From IMG/VR virus record IMGVR_UViG_3300047546_001496, positions 1 to 64,000 of that record: 64,000 nt of DNA, one strand, 5' to 3'. Shown here piece by piece: positions 22,501 to 31,758 of this stretch (within the stretch, counting starts at the first letter, position 1; each line of letters begins with the position of its first letter). A program made the translations under genes and the position numbers. The DNA is from a virus. The notes under the pieces are model-generated. The model saw nothing but the letters and a program-made list of their open reading frames with translations. It searched no databases and had not been told where the DNA came from.

Positions 22501-23277
22501 AGTTACATTTTTAGATCCAAAAACTAATGGTACTCCAAAATTTTTAGCAGACAAAGCATTTTGATTGACAAGGTAATACCCATAGTTTTCTGCTAGTCCG
22601 TAGGCCTTTGCTTCGACAACTTTAGATGTATTTAATGCAATAGTTGATGGAAGATTTATTGATGCTGCACCTAATGATTGAGACTGAAACTCTTCACACC
22701 ATTGGCCAAATGTAATTCCGTTTGTATAAATAATACAATCTGTTGGAGAGATGGTTCCGTCTCCAATATAGTTTATTTTTATTACTAACCTTATTGGCAA
22801 ATCAGTGTCTTCTGGACTAAATGTTTCTGATATAAAAAACCATCTATCTGTTATAGATGCGTCATAACTTTTTAAAATATCAATATATTCATCTTGTGCA
22901 CCGTCATAGTATCTATATCCTATTTCTACATTTAGAGCAAATGGACTTAATGTATAAAGATAAGTTCCTATAGAAAATGTTTTTAGTGTTTCGTTTAATT
23001 CTGCTAAAGTAATTATATTTGGACTTACTAATGTAACAGAAAAGGCTCCGTCAAAAACAGAAGTAGGTGTTATCTTATTAATAACGCTGTCTGGAAATGG
23101 TGCACTAACTAGTTCTTCTGTTGCCTGAGATGTTCCATTATCAATTTCCCAAGTAGATGTTGCTCTTTGTGCTTCTGAAATTATAGATACATAGTCAGCC
23201 TGATCATCAAGTGCCCACAAAAATTGTGGATGCTCTGCATATATTTTCTCTGCGTATAAATTTGATGGGCTAGACAT
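19573..23277 (-). CDS. large virion-associated protein with concanavalin A/LamG-like domains
   Basis: 1234 aa; FSLEFWIR...LLLNGEE...IDCVALYNY LamG-like pattern. Confidence 0.6.
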   Translation of the reverse strand: MSSPSNLYAEKIYAEHPQFLWALDDQADYVSIISEAQRATSTWEIDNGTSQATEELVSAPFPDSVINKITPTSVFDGAFSVTLVSPNIITLAELNETLKTFSIGTYLYTLSPFALNVEIGYRYYDGAQDEYIDILKSYDASITDRWFFISETFSPEDTDLPIRLVIKINYIGDGTISPTDCIIYTNGITFGQWCEEFQSQSLGAASINLPSTIALNTSKVVEAKAYGLAENYGYYLVNQNALSAKNFGVPLVFGSKNVTKLYANPNKPSLIIPSGGMMSDSGKYQKFSLEFWIRTKNSSNELKRIVGPISSDDGIYVNGPFLILKINDNYSSYYVGHWERPMLIHWRYSPEVSSLLLNGEEIISIQLNADSLLLPESFNNSGKSQDWIGFYAHEDIQPIEIDCVALYNYLVPLLVAKRRFVYGQGVQYPENLNASYGGESVVFDYSFADYTKNYNYPDLGSWSQASLDNIIVEDNYLTVPKFDAPQIITNSTTKTQKQMLASCTTDTHGLFLNLKPDTSWSSVSSYIYFDDLEASNLPIYGLYGIFKKKANYTGDSQILIRIEDSRNQNYFSIESYQMGVRYLFKYNNNEQVLYEATSIDNDKRFAVGIEIQKFKNHFGGNILAFFNNTAPLKMYIGGTKEFTKTFTGNIYKVGICSEKNVKDVENLFNDIGIPKDYENIFSLYSWDIDYNGGESDQEFWDYYLNTEDGTFNAADFMPTKLNDHKPSVGIGPKSYFDNFYLDVDVKGSWKDYIPLTYFAQFITDEYGDSRLGLDFIQFNVNYPAPTKFKVSEIIDPNGWSYSELQSQYSFPLQRSYDSLDNYLYTGYQNYQDLAERSIKSYYYDTSDAILKTYITFEYLETGANAADGFFVNQESVPKNGVIKPGSDWINTKYEVVDNVLIYPPSGIAFDKLAIRVHFEFDVDGIYNKPIKVKSLQLASQAYNYDTANNIGTRFGADVYPYVNTGYYYNYKYRNPITIYKGSSPYLYLTRYSGLEIRGDYDPLINRGVAIQVNPNKAANYEVMAMQSLVRFNYDFFPYGATQIMQVNAKAKTIKFYMIADHPSGKRAKIYAIDANTGTLYDGISYYINGSVVKNPVINVGEWTMLGIGFPTVLNFKSYTGTIMINGPIIFDNLSYYQTTSLQEIQQVDKRRWARVKFGLDGPLDWEYWTDFYVWKGVLVASSSSYYGVNPADLYKAYTGTNKIIIDDTRPLRFKDYKYTAFQDLVWQAQISDPV

Positions 23278-23297
23278 TATGAGTCTATTTTATCATA

Positions 23298-25331
23298 CTA
23301 CGCAGATATTTTTATTTCACAAGCATCTGTAGTGCAGTACATTTCTCCCTGCGCTTCTAGATTTTCAGCACCGTCATAAATAGCAGACCAATCAATCTTT
23401 TTAATTTGTCCAATATAACTATCGTATTCTTCTTTAGTTATTTGGGTATATGGTTGCTGAGGATAAATGGTATTTCCCATCGGCAAGAATGAGACTGCTT
23501 TTAATTGTCCCTCGTACATATGAAGTGCAGGCGCTACATGCTTTGCTTCAGTTTCTTTGTCAAATGAAAGCGTTACAGACACGCCATTATCTGACCAATA
23601 TTTCTGAGCGGTAGCAGCAAGCGCAATCTTCTCAAACAATGTGACATCTTTTTCGGATCGTGGATGTCCAGAGTGCACTGGGAAATAAACGACAGTTGTA
23701 TTCGCAGATACAAGGTCAGCCTCCATCTTATATCCTGCAGCCTTGAATAAGTGAATCATTGGGTCGGTATTCCCAAAACGAATTGCTCTTAAGAAATAAT
23801 CTCCACCTGGTGCCCAGTGTACTCCTGGAGTTGCGCCAGAAAGAATTGATACAGACCCTGATGGCTTTACAGTTGTGACCCTAATGGACTCACGAACGCA
23901 TAACCATTCAGAATAACTATGATCATATTTACGAATAGTATTATAGCCTTCGTCCATCCATTCACGCACAATAGGTAAGCCATGTTTGTCTGAGAATGAA
24001 GCAATACCTGTAAGAGATGTTCCAATACGACGATTGCGTTGCATGATTCCATTTGTCTGTTGCCAATGAGTAGGAATCAATGTAACTGTTTTGCCGTAGA
24101 GATATGCAAACTTAAGTGTTCTCAAAAAGTCTTCTTTTGATTCGTGGCGATTTAAATGTACCTCGACCAAAGTGCACAACTCGTATGATTCCAATGGCTG
24201 TTCTGCACAAGGGTTAAAACCCATAACCCTATAATCCTTACCATCGGCAGGATCTTTCAATCGACCATAGTTACGAGCAACATCAAGCCAAATAAAACCT
24301 GGCTCTCCGTTGTTTACTATTAGATCTACATAGTCTTCGTACTTTGTGCCTACCGTCGCAGCAATGGAATTATTTGACATCCATGCCCAACCTGGATTTT
24401 CTGGATCAAATGAATTGCGCTCTGGAAAAACCTCAGCATTCTTTAAATTCATAAAATCTTTATCTTCAGCAGCACCTAAAGCCAAAGTAGCGGATCGTCT
24501 AACATTTCCTGATACCACACAGGTACCAATGAGGTTAACTATATCTACTATTGCTCTTGAGTCAAGGGTTTCTCCTGCTCTACCGCCGATTACAGCCCTT
24601 ATCTGCTTGTGTAACTGTATAAGTGATGCTGGACCGCTTGCTGTGCCTCCAAAACCCTTAATAGGGGCACCTAAAGGCCTAATAAGGTCATAGTTAAACT
24701 CTTGAATGTACATGTTAGGCTTTAAATATGAATTAATAAGCAATCTAACAGACTCTACCCATCCTTCACGGGTATCTGGTATTTCATATACTTGTGGTGG
24801 TTCTGTAGGGTCATAAATAGGAAGATTTTTCTCCCCGCCCAAAGTATCAAACCCTACGCCTACGCCCATCATAAGAGCATCCATAACCCAACCAAATAAT
24901 TGGCCTGGATCGTTACGATCTATGTCCTTTGTTGAAACCATAGCGCAGTTTTGTAATGCAGCAGAGTTTTTCTTTTCCATAGTAAGAGCGGTACCGAAAG
25001 ACCACAGACCTCTTCCTGGGGGGGTCCACTTTAATTCAAACAAACGCTGATAAGCCTCTTTAGCAGAAGCCTGTGCTTTATAGTCATTCCATGGAAGTCT
25101 ATTTTCTTTAGCATGATTCTTCTGTGCTGAATACATACCCTCGATTACTCGACGACAAACCTCATGCCATCTTTCTTTAGTTCCATCTTCCTTCATACGG
25201 GAGTAGGTACGGATAAATGTAATCTCTCCTAATGAATTACCACCAGCATCTGTAAAACCGAATGGTGGTTCCTTTGTTTTATACTCATTTATAAACTCTT
25301 CAGACAAACGAAAACTAAAAAAATCAGACAC
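23298..25331 (-). CDS. nrdJ: class II (adenosylcobalamin-dependent) ribonucleotide reductase, monomeric RTPR type
   Basis: PPGRGLW, LQNCA, GNVRRSA, NPCAEQ, TTVKPSG and C-terminal CTTDAC motifs. Confidence 0.93.
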   Translation of the reverse strand: MSDFFSFRLSEEFINEYKTKEPPFGFTDAGGNSLGEITFIRTYSRMKEDGTKERWHEVCRRVIEGMYSAQKNHAKENRLPWNDYKAQASAKEAYQRLFELKWTPPGRGLWSFGTALTMEKKNSAALQNCAMVSTKDIDRNDPGQLFGWVMDALMMGVGVGFDTLGGEKNLPIYDPTEPPQVYEIPDTREGWVESVRLLINSYLKPNMYIQEFNYDLIRPLGAPIKGFGGTASGPASLIQLHKQIRAVIGGRAGETLDSRAIVDIVNLIGTCVVSGNVRRSATLALGAAEDKDFMNLKNAEVFPERNSFDPENPGWAWMSNNSIAATVGTKYEDYVDLIVNNGEPGFIWLDVARNYGRLKDPADGKDYRVMGFNPCAEQPLESYELCTLVEVHLNRHESKEDFLRTLKFAYLYGKTVTLIPTHWQQTNGIMQRNRRIGTSLTGIASFSDKHGLPIVREWMDEGYNTIRKYDHSYSEWLCVRESIRVTTVKPSGSVSILSGATPGVHWAPGGDYFLRAIRFGNTDPMIHLFKAAGYKMEADLVSANTTVVYFPVHSGHPRSEKDVTLFEKIALAATAQKYWSDNGVSVTLSFDKETEAKHVAPALHMYEGQLKAVSFLPMGNTIYPQQPYTQITKEEYDSYIGQIKKIDWSAIYDGAENLEAQGEMYCTTDACEIKISA

Positions 25332-25420
25332 TGATTTGCTCCTTTAAAAACTATTATTGATTAAGTATACCAGAGTTTTTGTTTTATGCAAACTCTAATG
25401 TTATTATTGAGGTTTACTGT

Positions 25421-26047
25421 TTAGTGAATCCAGTGTTGCGGAACCATATACTTAAAACCACTCTTTACTAAATGTGCAGTATGGTGATATGGTGGTGATG
25501 GTGGAAACACTATCACACTTCCCGCTTTTGGTTTTACAAAGAAATTATATGTTGATGGATTGGCCTTAGAAAAATCTTCTGCTGGAGTTGGTCCTTGAAT
25601 AGGTCCTTTAGGATCTCTAATTGTAAAAGAAATTTCTCCGCCTTCATAATCATCATTAAGATACATAACAAAAGAAACTTTTAATCTTTCGTCACCCTCT
25701 TGTTGATCAAAGTGTGCACCCATAAATGTGCCAGCCATATACTTTTTAATTGGATACATAGGAAATAGTTTTGGCTCTTCTGTAATTCCTTGAGCCTTTG
25801 CATAGTCTCTTGCTACATCATCAAATGCTTTTTGTAAAGTTTGATAAATGTAATCATTTTTTTCATCTGTACCCTCTGTAGGTTTGATGGTTTTGTCAGT
25901 TCCATACACATATGGTTGACCACTACATGCCATCCACTCGCCCCACTCATCCTGGTTATCTTTTTCAATTGCCTGAACAAGTTTGGCTGGATCTTCAATT
26001 ACATTTGTGTAATAATAAACTTTTTCTTCTAATATTTGTAGATTCAT
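25421..26047 (-). CDS. 2OG-Fe(II) oxygenase, prolyl 4-hydroxylase-like
   Basis: HFD...YLNDDYEGGEI...HTAHLVKSGFKY. Confidence 0.88.
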   Translation of the reverse strand: MNLQILEEKVYYYTNVIEDPAKLVQAIEKDNQDEWGEWMACSGQPYVYGTDKTIKPTEGTDEKNDYIYQTLQKAFDDVARDYAKAQGITEEPKLFPMYPIKKYMAGTFMGAHFDQQEGDERLKVSFVMYLNDDYEGGEISFTIRDPKGPIQGPTPAEDFSKANPSTYNFFVKPKAGSVIVFPPSPPYHHTAHLVKSGFKYMVPQHWIH

Positions 26048-26057
26048 CTTAACTCCT

Positions 26058-26714
26058 TTAGTATTTATTGTTATCATAAAAGCCTCTAACTTTTATGAAC
26101 CCAACTAAAACATATCTAATTGGACCTTCTCCTACATGTCTTACGCCATGCTCGTACTCTTCGTTCCCTGGAAATATAAGCAGTTCTCCTGGCTTTGGCC
26201 GTAAATCTATATTTTTATTTTTAAAAAATAGAGTTCCGTCCGTGTAGTCATCATTAATATATAGTATAGCAGCATATCTAATAGATGGGTCTGTATGCTG
26301 GTCGGTATGAGCCTTTAACTCTACTCCTTTTTGCATTCTTTGTAATGTTGCAAAGCCAGTCAGCATTAGATCTGGATGGTTGATTGCAATAAGTGCATGC
26401 ATTCTTGCTTGTAATGTAGCAGATATACTAGAGGACCCAATATCAAGATTTTTATCATCCCAGCCTTTTGTTATTTCATATTTGCCCTCAGCAACTAAGT
26501 TTTCTACATCATCTCTTCCAAATTTTTCTAAACAAAATCTAGCAAGACTTTCTCTATATGCCTTAAACCAAGTTTCTTCTGGTGTATTGTCAATAATCTC
26601 AAGAAGTTTATTTACTTCATCTTTAGATGCAAAATTACGAACAACAAGAATTTCCTCATGGGCTATTTCTGTATCAAATCCCGAATCATTAAATTCTTTT
26701 TCTAAAAATAACAT
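26058..26714 (-). CDS. 2OG-Fe(II) oxygenase, prolyl 4-hydroxylase-like
   Basis: HTD...YINDDYTDGTL...HGVRHVGEGPIRY. Confidence 0.88.
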   Translation of the reverse strand: MLFLEKEFNDSGFDTEIAHEEILVVRNFASKDEVNKLLEIIDNTPEETWFKAYRESLARFCLEKFGRDDVENLVAEGKYEITKGWDDKNLDIGSSSISATLQARMHALIAINHPDLMLTGFATLQRMQKGVELKAHTDQHTDPSIRYAAILYINDDYTDGTLFFKNKNIDLRPKPGELLIFPGNEEYEHGVRHVGEGPIRYVLVGFIKVRGFYDNNKY

Positions 26715-26715
26715 A

Positions 26716-27459
26716 TTAGTTTTCCACCTTGTATTGCTTACCTTCTTGATCTATTTTATATCCCTTTTTTAATAGATCTTGCCACTCTGCTCTTTCAATT
26801 TCCTGCTTGGCTCTTGTTTCTTTCATCTCGGCTGCCCAGGCATCTCTGAGTTCTTGTGGGTATGCATCTTCCTCACGATCATCCCAGAAAGATCCGATGG
26901 TATATCTAATTCCTGATTTAATTAATGTTACTTCATGCATATTATTAAACCCCCCATCAAATGCAGCAAGCATTCCTACTTTTGGTTGAATGCTTATTCC
27001 TTGACTTGGAAATTGCAAAAGACCTCCTTTAAAATTATCATTTAAATATAAAAATGCAGCATATCTACTTCTGGTAAATGCTCCAGAGTTTCCATGTTCA
27101 TCTGTATTGTCAGAATGAATTCTTGCATATGCGCCTGGCTCCCATTTTTGTGTATGATATCCAATTTGAGAAATTATCTTAGGGTCAAGATCATGAACAG
27201 ATGCAACTGCATTAATAATTCCCTGTTTAATTTGTGTAAAAATATCCGAAGGCAATCCTTCTGAAATTACATGTTCATCATTATCTTGTGGAAGAACAGA
27301 AGAGTATGATTCATAAAAAGATATTGGCATCCAATTAATGCTTCCTAATTCTGCATGCTTATCTAAAACCTTTATAAGTTTTGCAGAAGTTTCTGAATCA
27401 ATAAAGTTTTCATAAATAACAATATCTTTAGTTATTCTTTTTTTATTTTCTAAATTCAT
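26716..27459 (-). CDS. 2OG-Fe(II) oxygenase, prolyl 4-hydroxylase-like
   Basis: HSD...YLNDNFKGGLL...HEVTLIKSGIRY. Confidence 0.88.
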   Translation of the reverse strand: MNLENKKRITKDIVIYENFIDSETSAKLIKVLDKHAELGSINWMPISFYESYSSVLPQDNDEHVISEGLPSDIFTQIKQGIINAVASVHDLDPKIISQIGYHTQKWEPGAYARIHSDNTDEHGNSGAFTRSRYAAFLYLNDNFKGGLLQFPSQGISIQPKVGMLAAFDGGFNNMHEVTLIKSGIRYTIGSFWDDREEDAYPQELRDAWAAEMKETRAKQEIERAEWQDLLKKGYKIDQEGKQYKVEN

Positions 27460-28334
27460 CGTATCCTAACTCCTTCTGTAATAAAGTCTCTCTGTGGAGC
27501 ATATTGTTTCATCATTTCTTTGTGAAGTTCTGCCCAAACCTCTACTCCGTGTTCTTTTTCTTTTTCAAACCATTCTTTATCGCCTACATCATATTTTGTC
27601 CAATAAGTTCTTATTAAATACTTTTCTGTACCACTAGATGGGCAGACACCGTGAAGATACGGCTCATTGTTTTTAGATAGTACTTCTGGGTGCCCGCTTG
27701 GAAAAACAATCCAGTCACCTGCCACAGGTTTATATTTTATTAAATTACCATCAATATAAAAGTCAAGTTCTCCACCCTCATAATCATCATTAAAATAATA
27801 ATTAGCAGTTATTGCAAACTTATATCCTGGTTTTTTGATTGGCTCTCTCATATAATCAGAATGATAGCGCATTGCCATTGGTGTTGTCATGTCTTTACGA
27901 TATTGACATATAGATGGTCCATCATTTCCCCATAATGGTATCTCTTCTCCATTGTGAGTTTTAATAAGTTGTTCTTTATTAAAATTAATTTTTTCTTTAT
28001 ATTTAGAAATGTAGGCATCTGTAACTTTGTCGTAGCCTTTGCTTACCTCAAGTAAAAAATATTTTTGATCTTCTTGTATTTTACTTTTAGTTGGTAAATT
28101 GTTTATAGTTTCAAAATCAAATTTAGTAGGTTTATTGGTTCTTGGGTCTAATTTAACAAGATCTGGAAAGGCATGCTTTATATACTTACCAAAACCTTGC
28201 CAAGCAGACCATTCTCCTAAAATTCTATCTTCATTGTTGTCTGTAGATTCTTTAACTATTTCGTATAATTTCTGTGGATTATCCATAACATTTTGATAGA
28301 TAATTATATTTTCATATAGTTCTATTTCTTTCAT
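27456..28334 (-). CDS. 2OG-Fe(II) oxygenase, prolyl 4-hydroxylase-like
   Basis: HSD...YFNDDYEGGEL...HGVCPSSGTEKY. Confidence 0.88.
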   Translation of the reverse strand: MKEIELYENIIIYQNVMDNPQKLYEIVKESTDNNEDRILGEWSAWQGFGKYIKHAFPDLVKLDPRTNKPTKFDFETINNLPTKSKIQEDQKYFLLEVSKGYDKVTDAYISKYKEKINFNKEQLIKTHNGEEIPLWGNDGPSICQYRKDMTTPMAMRYHSDYMREPIKKPGYKFAITANYYFNDDYEGGELDFYIDGNLIKYKPVAGDWIVFPSGHPEVLSKNNEPYLHGVCPSSGTEKYLIRTYWTKYDVGDKEWFEKEKEHGVEVWAELHKEMMKQYAPQRDFITEGVRIR

Positions 28335-29092
28335 TAGTTTCTCCTAATTCCATTTTCTGGATCCCATGCTTTTATTACTTCGTCATTAGGAAAAATTCTG
28401 TAATATTGTTTATTATTGTCTGGCTTTATTTCTCCAGTATGTTCTAGTATTTCCCAAAAAAATGGGCAAGTATATCTTACTCCATTTTTAATTTTTGTAA
28501 CACCATGCACATAATTCATATCGCCTGGAAAAAAGTAAGCAGATCCTCTCTTTGGTTTAAACTGTATACCTTGGTTTGGAAAATATAATTCTCCACCTTC
28601 ATAGTCATCATTTATATAAAATAAACTTGCTATATCGTAATTAGGAAAATCGTTTGGAGTTCCTGCGTCTTCGCCTTGATGTAACTCTTTATCTGCATGG
28701 GGCATTTGAAATTGTCCTGGCAGCCACTTTACAATTGTTTGACCTGTAGGCTGAACCTTTACATTAAAAAATTTTTCAATTACTGGTTGTAGTTTATTAA
28801 ATAAACCAATTATAACTGGAACAATATTTGGATCATTCTGATTAAGAGATGGTGCGCTTGCAACTCTATCTTTCCAGTATTCAGCATCATATATTACAGT
28901 TCCATTTTCATTTTTATGGCTTTCTGTTATATCCCAAACTGTTATTGCTCTGGCTGCTTTATCTAAAAAGTCAACCTCTTGCTGAGTCATAAAGTTTTCT
29001 AGTTCAACAATATTTTCTGGGCCATGGCCAAAAAATCCTGATGGTGTGCTTGATGGCTTTCTAAATACTGTTATGGCATCTTCTGGCTTCAT
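28334..29092 (-). CDS. 2OG-Fe(II) oxygenase, prolyl 4-hydroxylase-like
   Basis: HAD...YINDDYEGGEL...HGVTKIKNGVRY. Confidence 0.88.
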   Translation of the reverse strand: MKPEDAITVFRKPSSTPSGFFGHGPENIVELENFMTQQEVDFLDKAARAITVWDITESHKNENGTVIYDAEYWKDRVASAPSLNQNDPNIVPVIIGLFNKLQPVIEKFFNVKVQPTGQTIVKWLPGQFQMPHADKELHQGEDAGTPNDFPNYDIASLFYINDDYEGGELYFPNQGIQFKPKRGSAYFFPGDMNYVHGVTKIKNGVRYTCPFFWEILEHTGEIKPDNNKQYYRIFPNDEVIKAWDPENGIRRN

Positions 29093-29100
29093 AATAACAA

Positions 29101-29580
29101 TTATATCACAGGAATATAATCCTGAGCCTTTGCCTTTATACCTAAGTTATTAAAGAATCTTTCAATATTAAATCTCCAATTATCTCTTCCAAAAGATGTT
29201 CCTATTCTAATACATAAAGTCTCAAAGTCTTCTTCAGATAATTTATCTTTAATTTGTAGAAGTGCATTAGTTATATCTATATAATTTTGTCTTACAAAAG
29301 ATGGGTCTCCCGCTTGATTTCTTTTTAACACCTTTGTATTTATCTTGCCCGATGGTTCATAAAGAGATACTGTTAGATAGTTTTTTGCAAATCCAGCATC
29401 TTTATACATTTCATAACCAGCAACTGCATCAACAACATTATCGTAAGAAATTATAGATCTCACTGGCGATTCTCCATCTCTGGCGACCGTAATAATATAA
29501 TGACTTATTTTTTGTTCTTTAGCATTAGAAATATATTCACTTATAATGTCATTATGGCTTGTTTTTAATTGATCGTTCAT
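29101..29580 (-). CDS. hypothetical protein within oxygenase cluster
   Basis: 159-aa ORF overlapping the previous stop codon. Confidence 0.65.
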   Translation of the reverse strand: MNDQLKTSHNDIISEYISNAKEQKISHYIITVARDGESPVRSIISYDNVVDAVAGYEMYKDAGFAKNYLTVSLYEPSGKINTKVLKRNQAGDPSFVRQNYIDITNALLQIKDKLSEEDFETLCIRIGTSFGRDNWRFNIERFFNNLGIKAKAQDYIPVI

Positions 29581-30287
29581 TTTATACCTGAATTGTCAAC
29601 AACATTTAACTTTAAACTTTTTACTTCATGGGAACCCAAAGAATTACCTTCTTCATCTACAGCCTCTCTATACCAGTCTGTCCATTCTCCAGAAGAGTTT
29701 ATTACTTGTGCTGCTTCTCCATATTTTACATTTGCTTGTTGTCTTTTTCTATCTGGATCTTGATATGCAACTATATTTAAAGTTGTATTATTTAAATCTG
29801 TTAAAGAAATTGGAATAATTGTTGCTATTGGCGTACCTGCTTTAATTATTGTTTCTTGATTTGCCTTTTTTGCTTTAAGTGCAAGTGGAAGCGGATTATC
29901 ATAAAAAGAAGTACTAATTAAATTTGACATCGTCTCAAAATCTTCATTAAAATAATTAACTGGATTAATAGTTAAAAGACTAATATTTTTACTTGTTCTA
30001 AAAATTAATGAAGTATTTAAACTAATTGAAGACTGTCCCCTTCCAGAATAGGCACCTTCTGGGCTACTAATTACTACATGTGTATGAGTTTGATCATTTA
30101 TTCCATCCCATGTAAAAACAATATCTTCTTTACAAGAAAGACTCCAGCCAATTACATTTGCCTGTGTTACTGGAAAACATCTATATGCATGTTTTTCTGC
30201 AGTTAAATCCATCCAGTCTCTTTTAATTGACATTGGTTGAATATTAAATTGACAACCATGTAATTTTTCTACAGTTATATCTAGCAT
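29577..30287 (-). CDS. DUF6065-like protein
   Basis: RDWMD...HAYRCFPVTQANVIGW motif as I recall it for DUF6065; not confirmed by search. Confidence 0.6.
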   Translation of the reverse strand: MLDITVEKLHGCQFNIQPMSIKRDWMDLTAEKHAYRCFPVTQANVIGWSLSCKEDIVFTWDGINDQTHTHVVISSPEGAYSGRGQSSISLNTSLIFRTSKNISLLTINPVNYFNEDFETMSNLISTSFYDNPLPLALKAKKANQETIIKAGTPIATIIPISLTDLNNTTLNIVAYQDPDRKRQQANVKYGEAAQVINSSGEWTDWYREAVDEEGNSLGSHEVKSLKLNVVDNSGIK

Positions 30288-30970
30288 TATTCATCTGCCC
30301 ACTTTGGATCATACATATCTGGTGTGTGATACTTTTTGCTATAATCCAACATGGTTACAATTGAATACTTGGTTCCAGAATGTACTGGCATTGCTTGGTG
30401 TGGATACATAAAGTTTGAAGGGAAAATATATAAATCTCCTGCTTTTGGCTTTATATTAAGATTTAAAAGTCTAAAATAAAGTTCTCCTCCATCATAGTCA
30501 TCATTGATATATGCAACTAAAGAAACTGTGCAATTATAAGAAAATCCATGATCATGATGTTCTTTAAAGTGTTGGCCTGGACCATACTTAATAAAATTAA
30601 ATGCTTCCCAATATTTAAGAGGCATAATGTTGTGATCTCTTCTATAATCCTCTACTGCTGGAGCCTGAACATCATAAACATCTTGCCATATCTTTTGTAA
30701 AAACAAAGAATCTTCACTAGTATCTGACTCAATATCAGTTTTTTTAAATTTAAAATCAAAACAATCACGGTACTCTGGCATTAGTTGTTGATATCCAACA
30801 TATGCTGGTAGCCAGTGATACCTTTTGCCTGATGGAGATAACTCACCCCATGGTGCTGGTTCTCCCAATGTACTTTCTAATCTATTAATAATATCCAGTT
30901 CTGGCTTAATTACTCCACGATAGCAAGTAATACCAAATCCTAAAGTTTCTTTATCTGTCCAGGTTGTCAT
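30287..30970 (-). CDS. 2OG-Fe(II) oxygenase, prolyl 4-hydroxylase-like
   Basis: HHD...YINDDYDGGEL...HQAMPVHSGTKY. Confidence 0.88.
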   Translation of the reverse strand: MTTWTDKETLGFGITCYRGVIKPELDIINRLESTLGEPAPWGELSPSGKRYHWLPAYVGYQQLMPEYRDCFDFKFKKTDIESDTSEDSLFLQKIWQDVYDVQAPAVEDYRRDHNIMPLKYWEAFNFIKYGPGQHFKEHHDHGFSYNCTVSLVAYINDDYDGGELYFRLLNLNIKPKAGDLYIFPSNFMYPHQAMPVHSGTKYSIVTMLDYSKKYHTPDMYDPKWADE

Positions 30971-30978
30971 TGTTACTC

Positions 30979-31758
30979 CTATTTATACTCTCTTCTTGTC
31001 CAAACTTTATCTTTGTATACCCCGCCATCTGGTTGGCGATAAAAGTTTGCGTTATCTACCATTTTAGCATATATAGTTGATGAATCAGAAATCTCAATCT
31101 GATGCTCCCAATTTTCTCTTAAAAATGGAAGTACTTGTAAAAATGGAGTTCCTGCTGGAATTGTTCCTTCCCACCCATCAATAATAAAAAATGGAAAACT
31201 GCCTAATAATTCAACCTTGTCTGAGTCTACAATTCCAGTAGTATTCATAAATGGCAAATCAAACCTATTCATTGGTGTCATAAATAAAGCACTATAACCT
31301 TCTGGTAATTTCATTCCCCAGTCTGGCATCCACGCAAAATGCGTTTTATAATATCCTCTTGGATGTTCAAATTGTGGCATAGGTGGTCTTACTGTACAAA
31401 AATCTTTATACATTGTATTTTCAACTTTAACATCTAAAGATCCAGCACTATTTTTGGTAAATATTAAATCACATGGTGTCTTGAAAACATATCCAGTCAT
31501 AAAGGCATCCATAATTGCAGGACATGCCTTCCATGTTGGTATCATTCCATAGTCGTCTACTGTACCCTCTTTAGGAAATGGACAAACTTCCTTTGGTGCC
31601 TTATAATATTCTCCGCTAATTGGGTTTTTAGCAAACCTATCTGCATCTTTATACCATTGTGGGATTTCTTTTTGTGTTGATGAAGGTGTAGACTTACTTT
31701 CTTTTGTAAGCCACGGTCTATAAGATTTAAATATTACTGGTTTATAATTAGTATCCAC
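30979..31758 (-). CDS. DUF6065/dUTPase-like beta-clip protein
   Basis: PQWYK...KACPAIMDA..GY, GIVDSD, IPAGTPFLQVLPF motifs. Confidence 0.5.
   Translation of the reverse strand: MDTNYKPVIFKSYRPWLTKESKSTPSSTQKEIPQWYKDADRFAKNPISGEYYKAPKEVCPFPKEGTVDDYGMIPTWKACPAIMDAFMTGYVFKTPCDLIFTKNSAGSLDVKVENTMYKDFCTVRPPMPQFEHPRGYYKTHFAWMPDWGMKLPEGYSALFMTPMNRFDLPFMNTTGIVDSDKVELLGSFPFFIIDGWEGTIPAGTPFLQVLPFLRENWEHQIEISDSSTIYAKMVDNANFYRQPDGGVYKDKVWTRREYK

Noticed and set aside
25340-25420. NrdR box or cobalamin riboswitch upstream of nrdJ
   Set aside because: Only a short AGAGTTT/AAACTCT inverted repeat is present. There is no convincing NrdR consensus and too little space for a B12 riboswitch.
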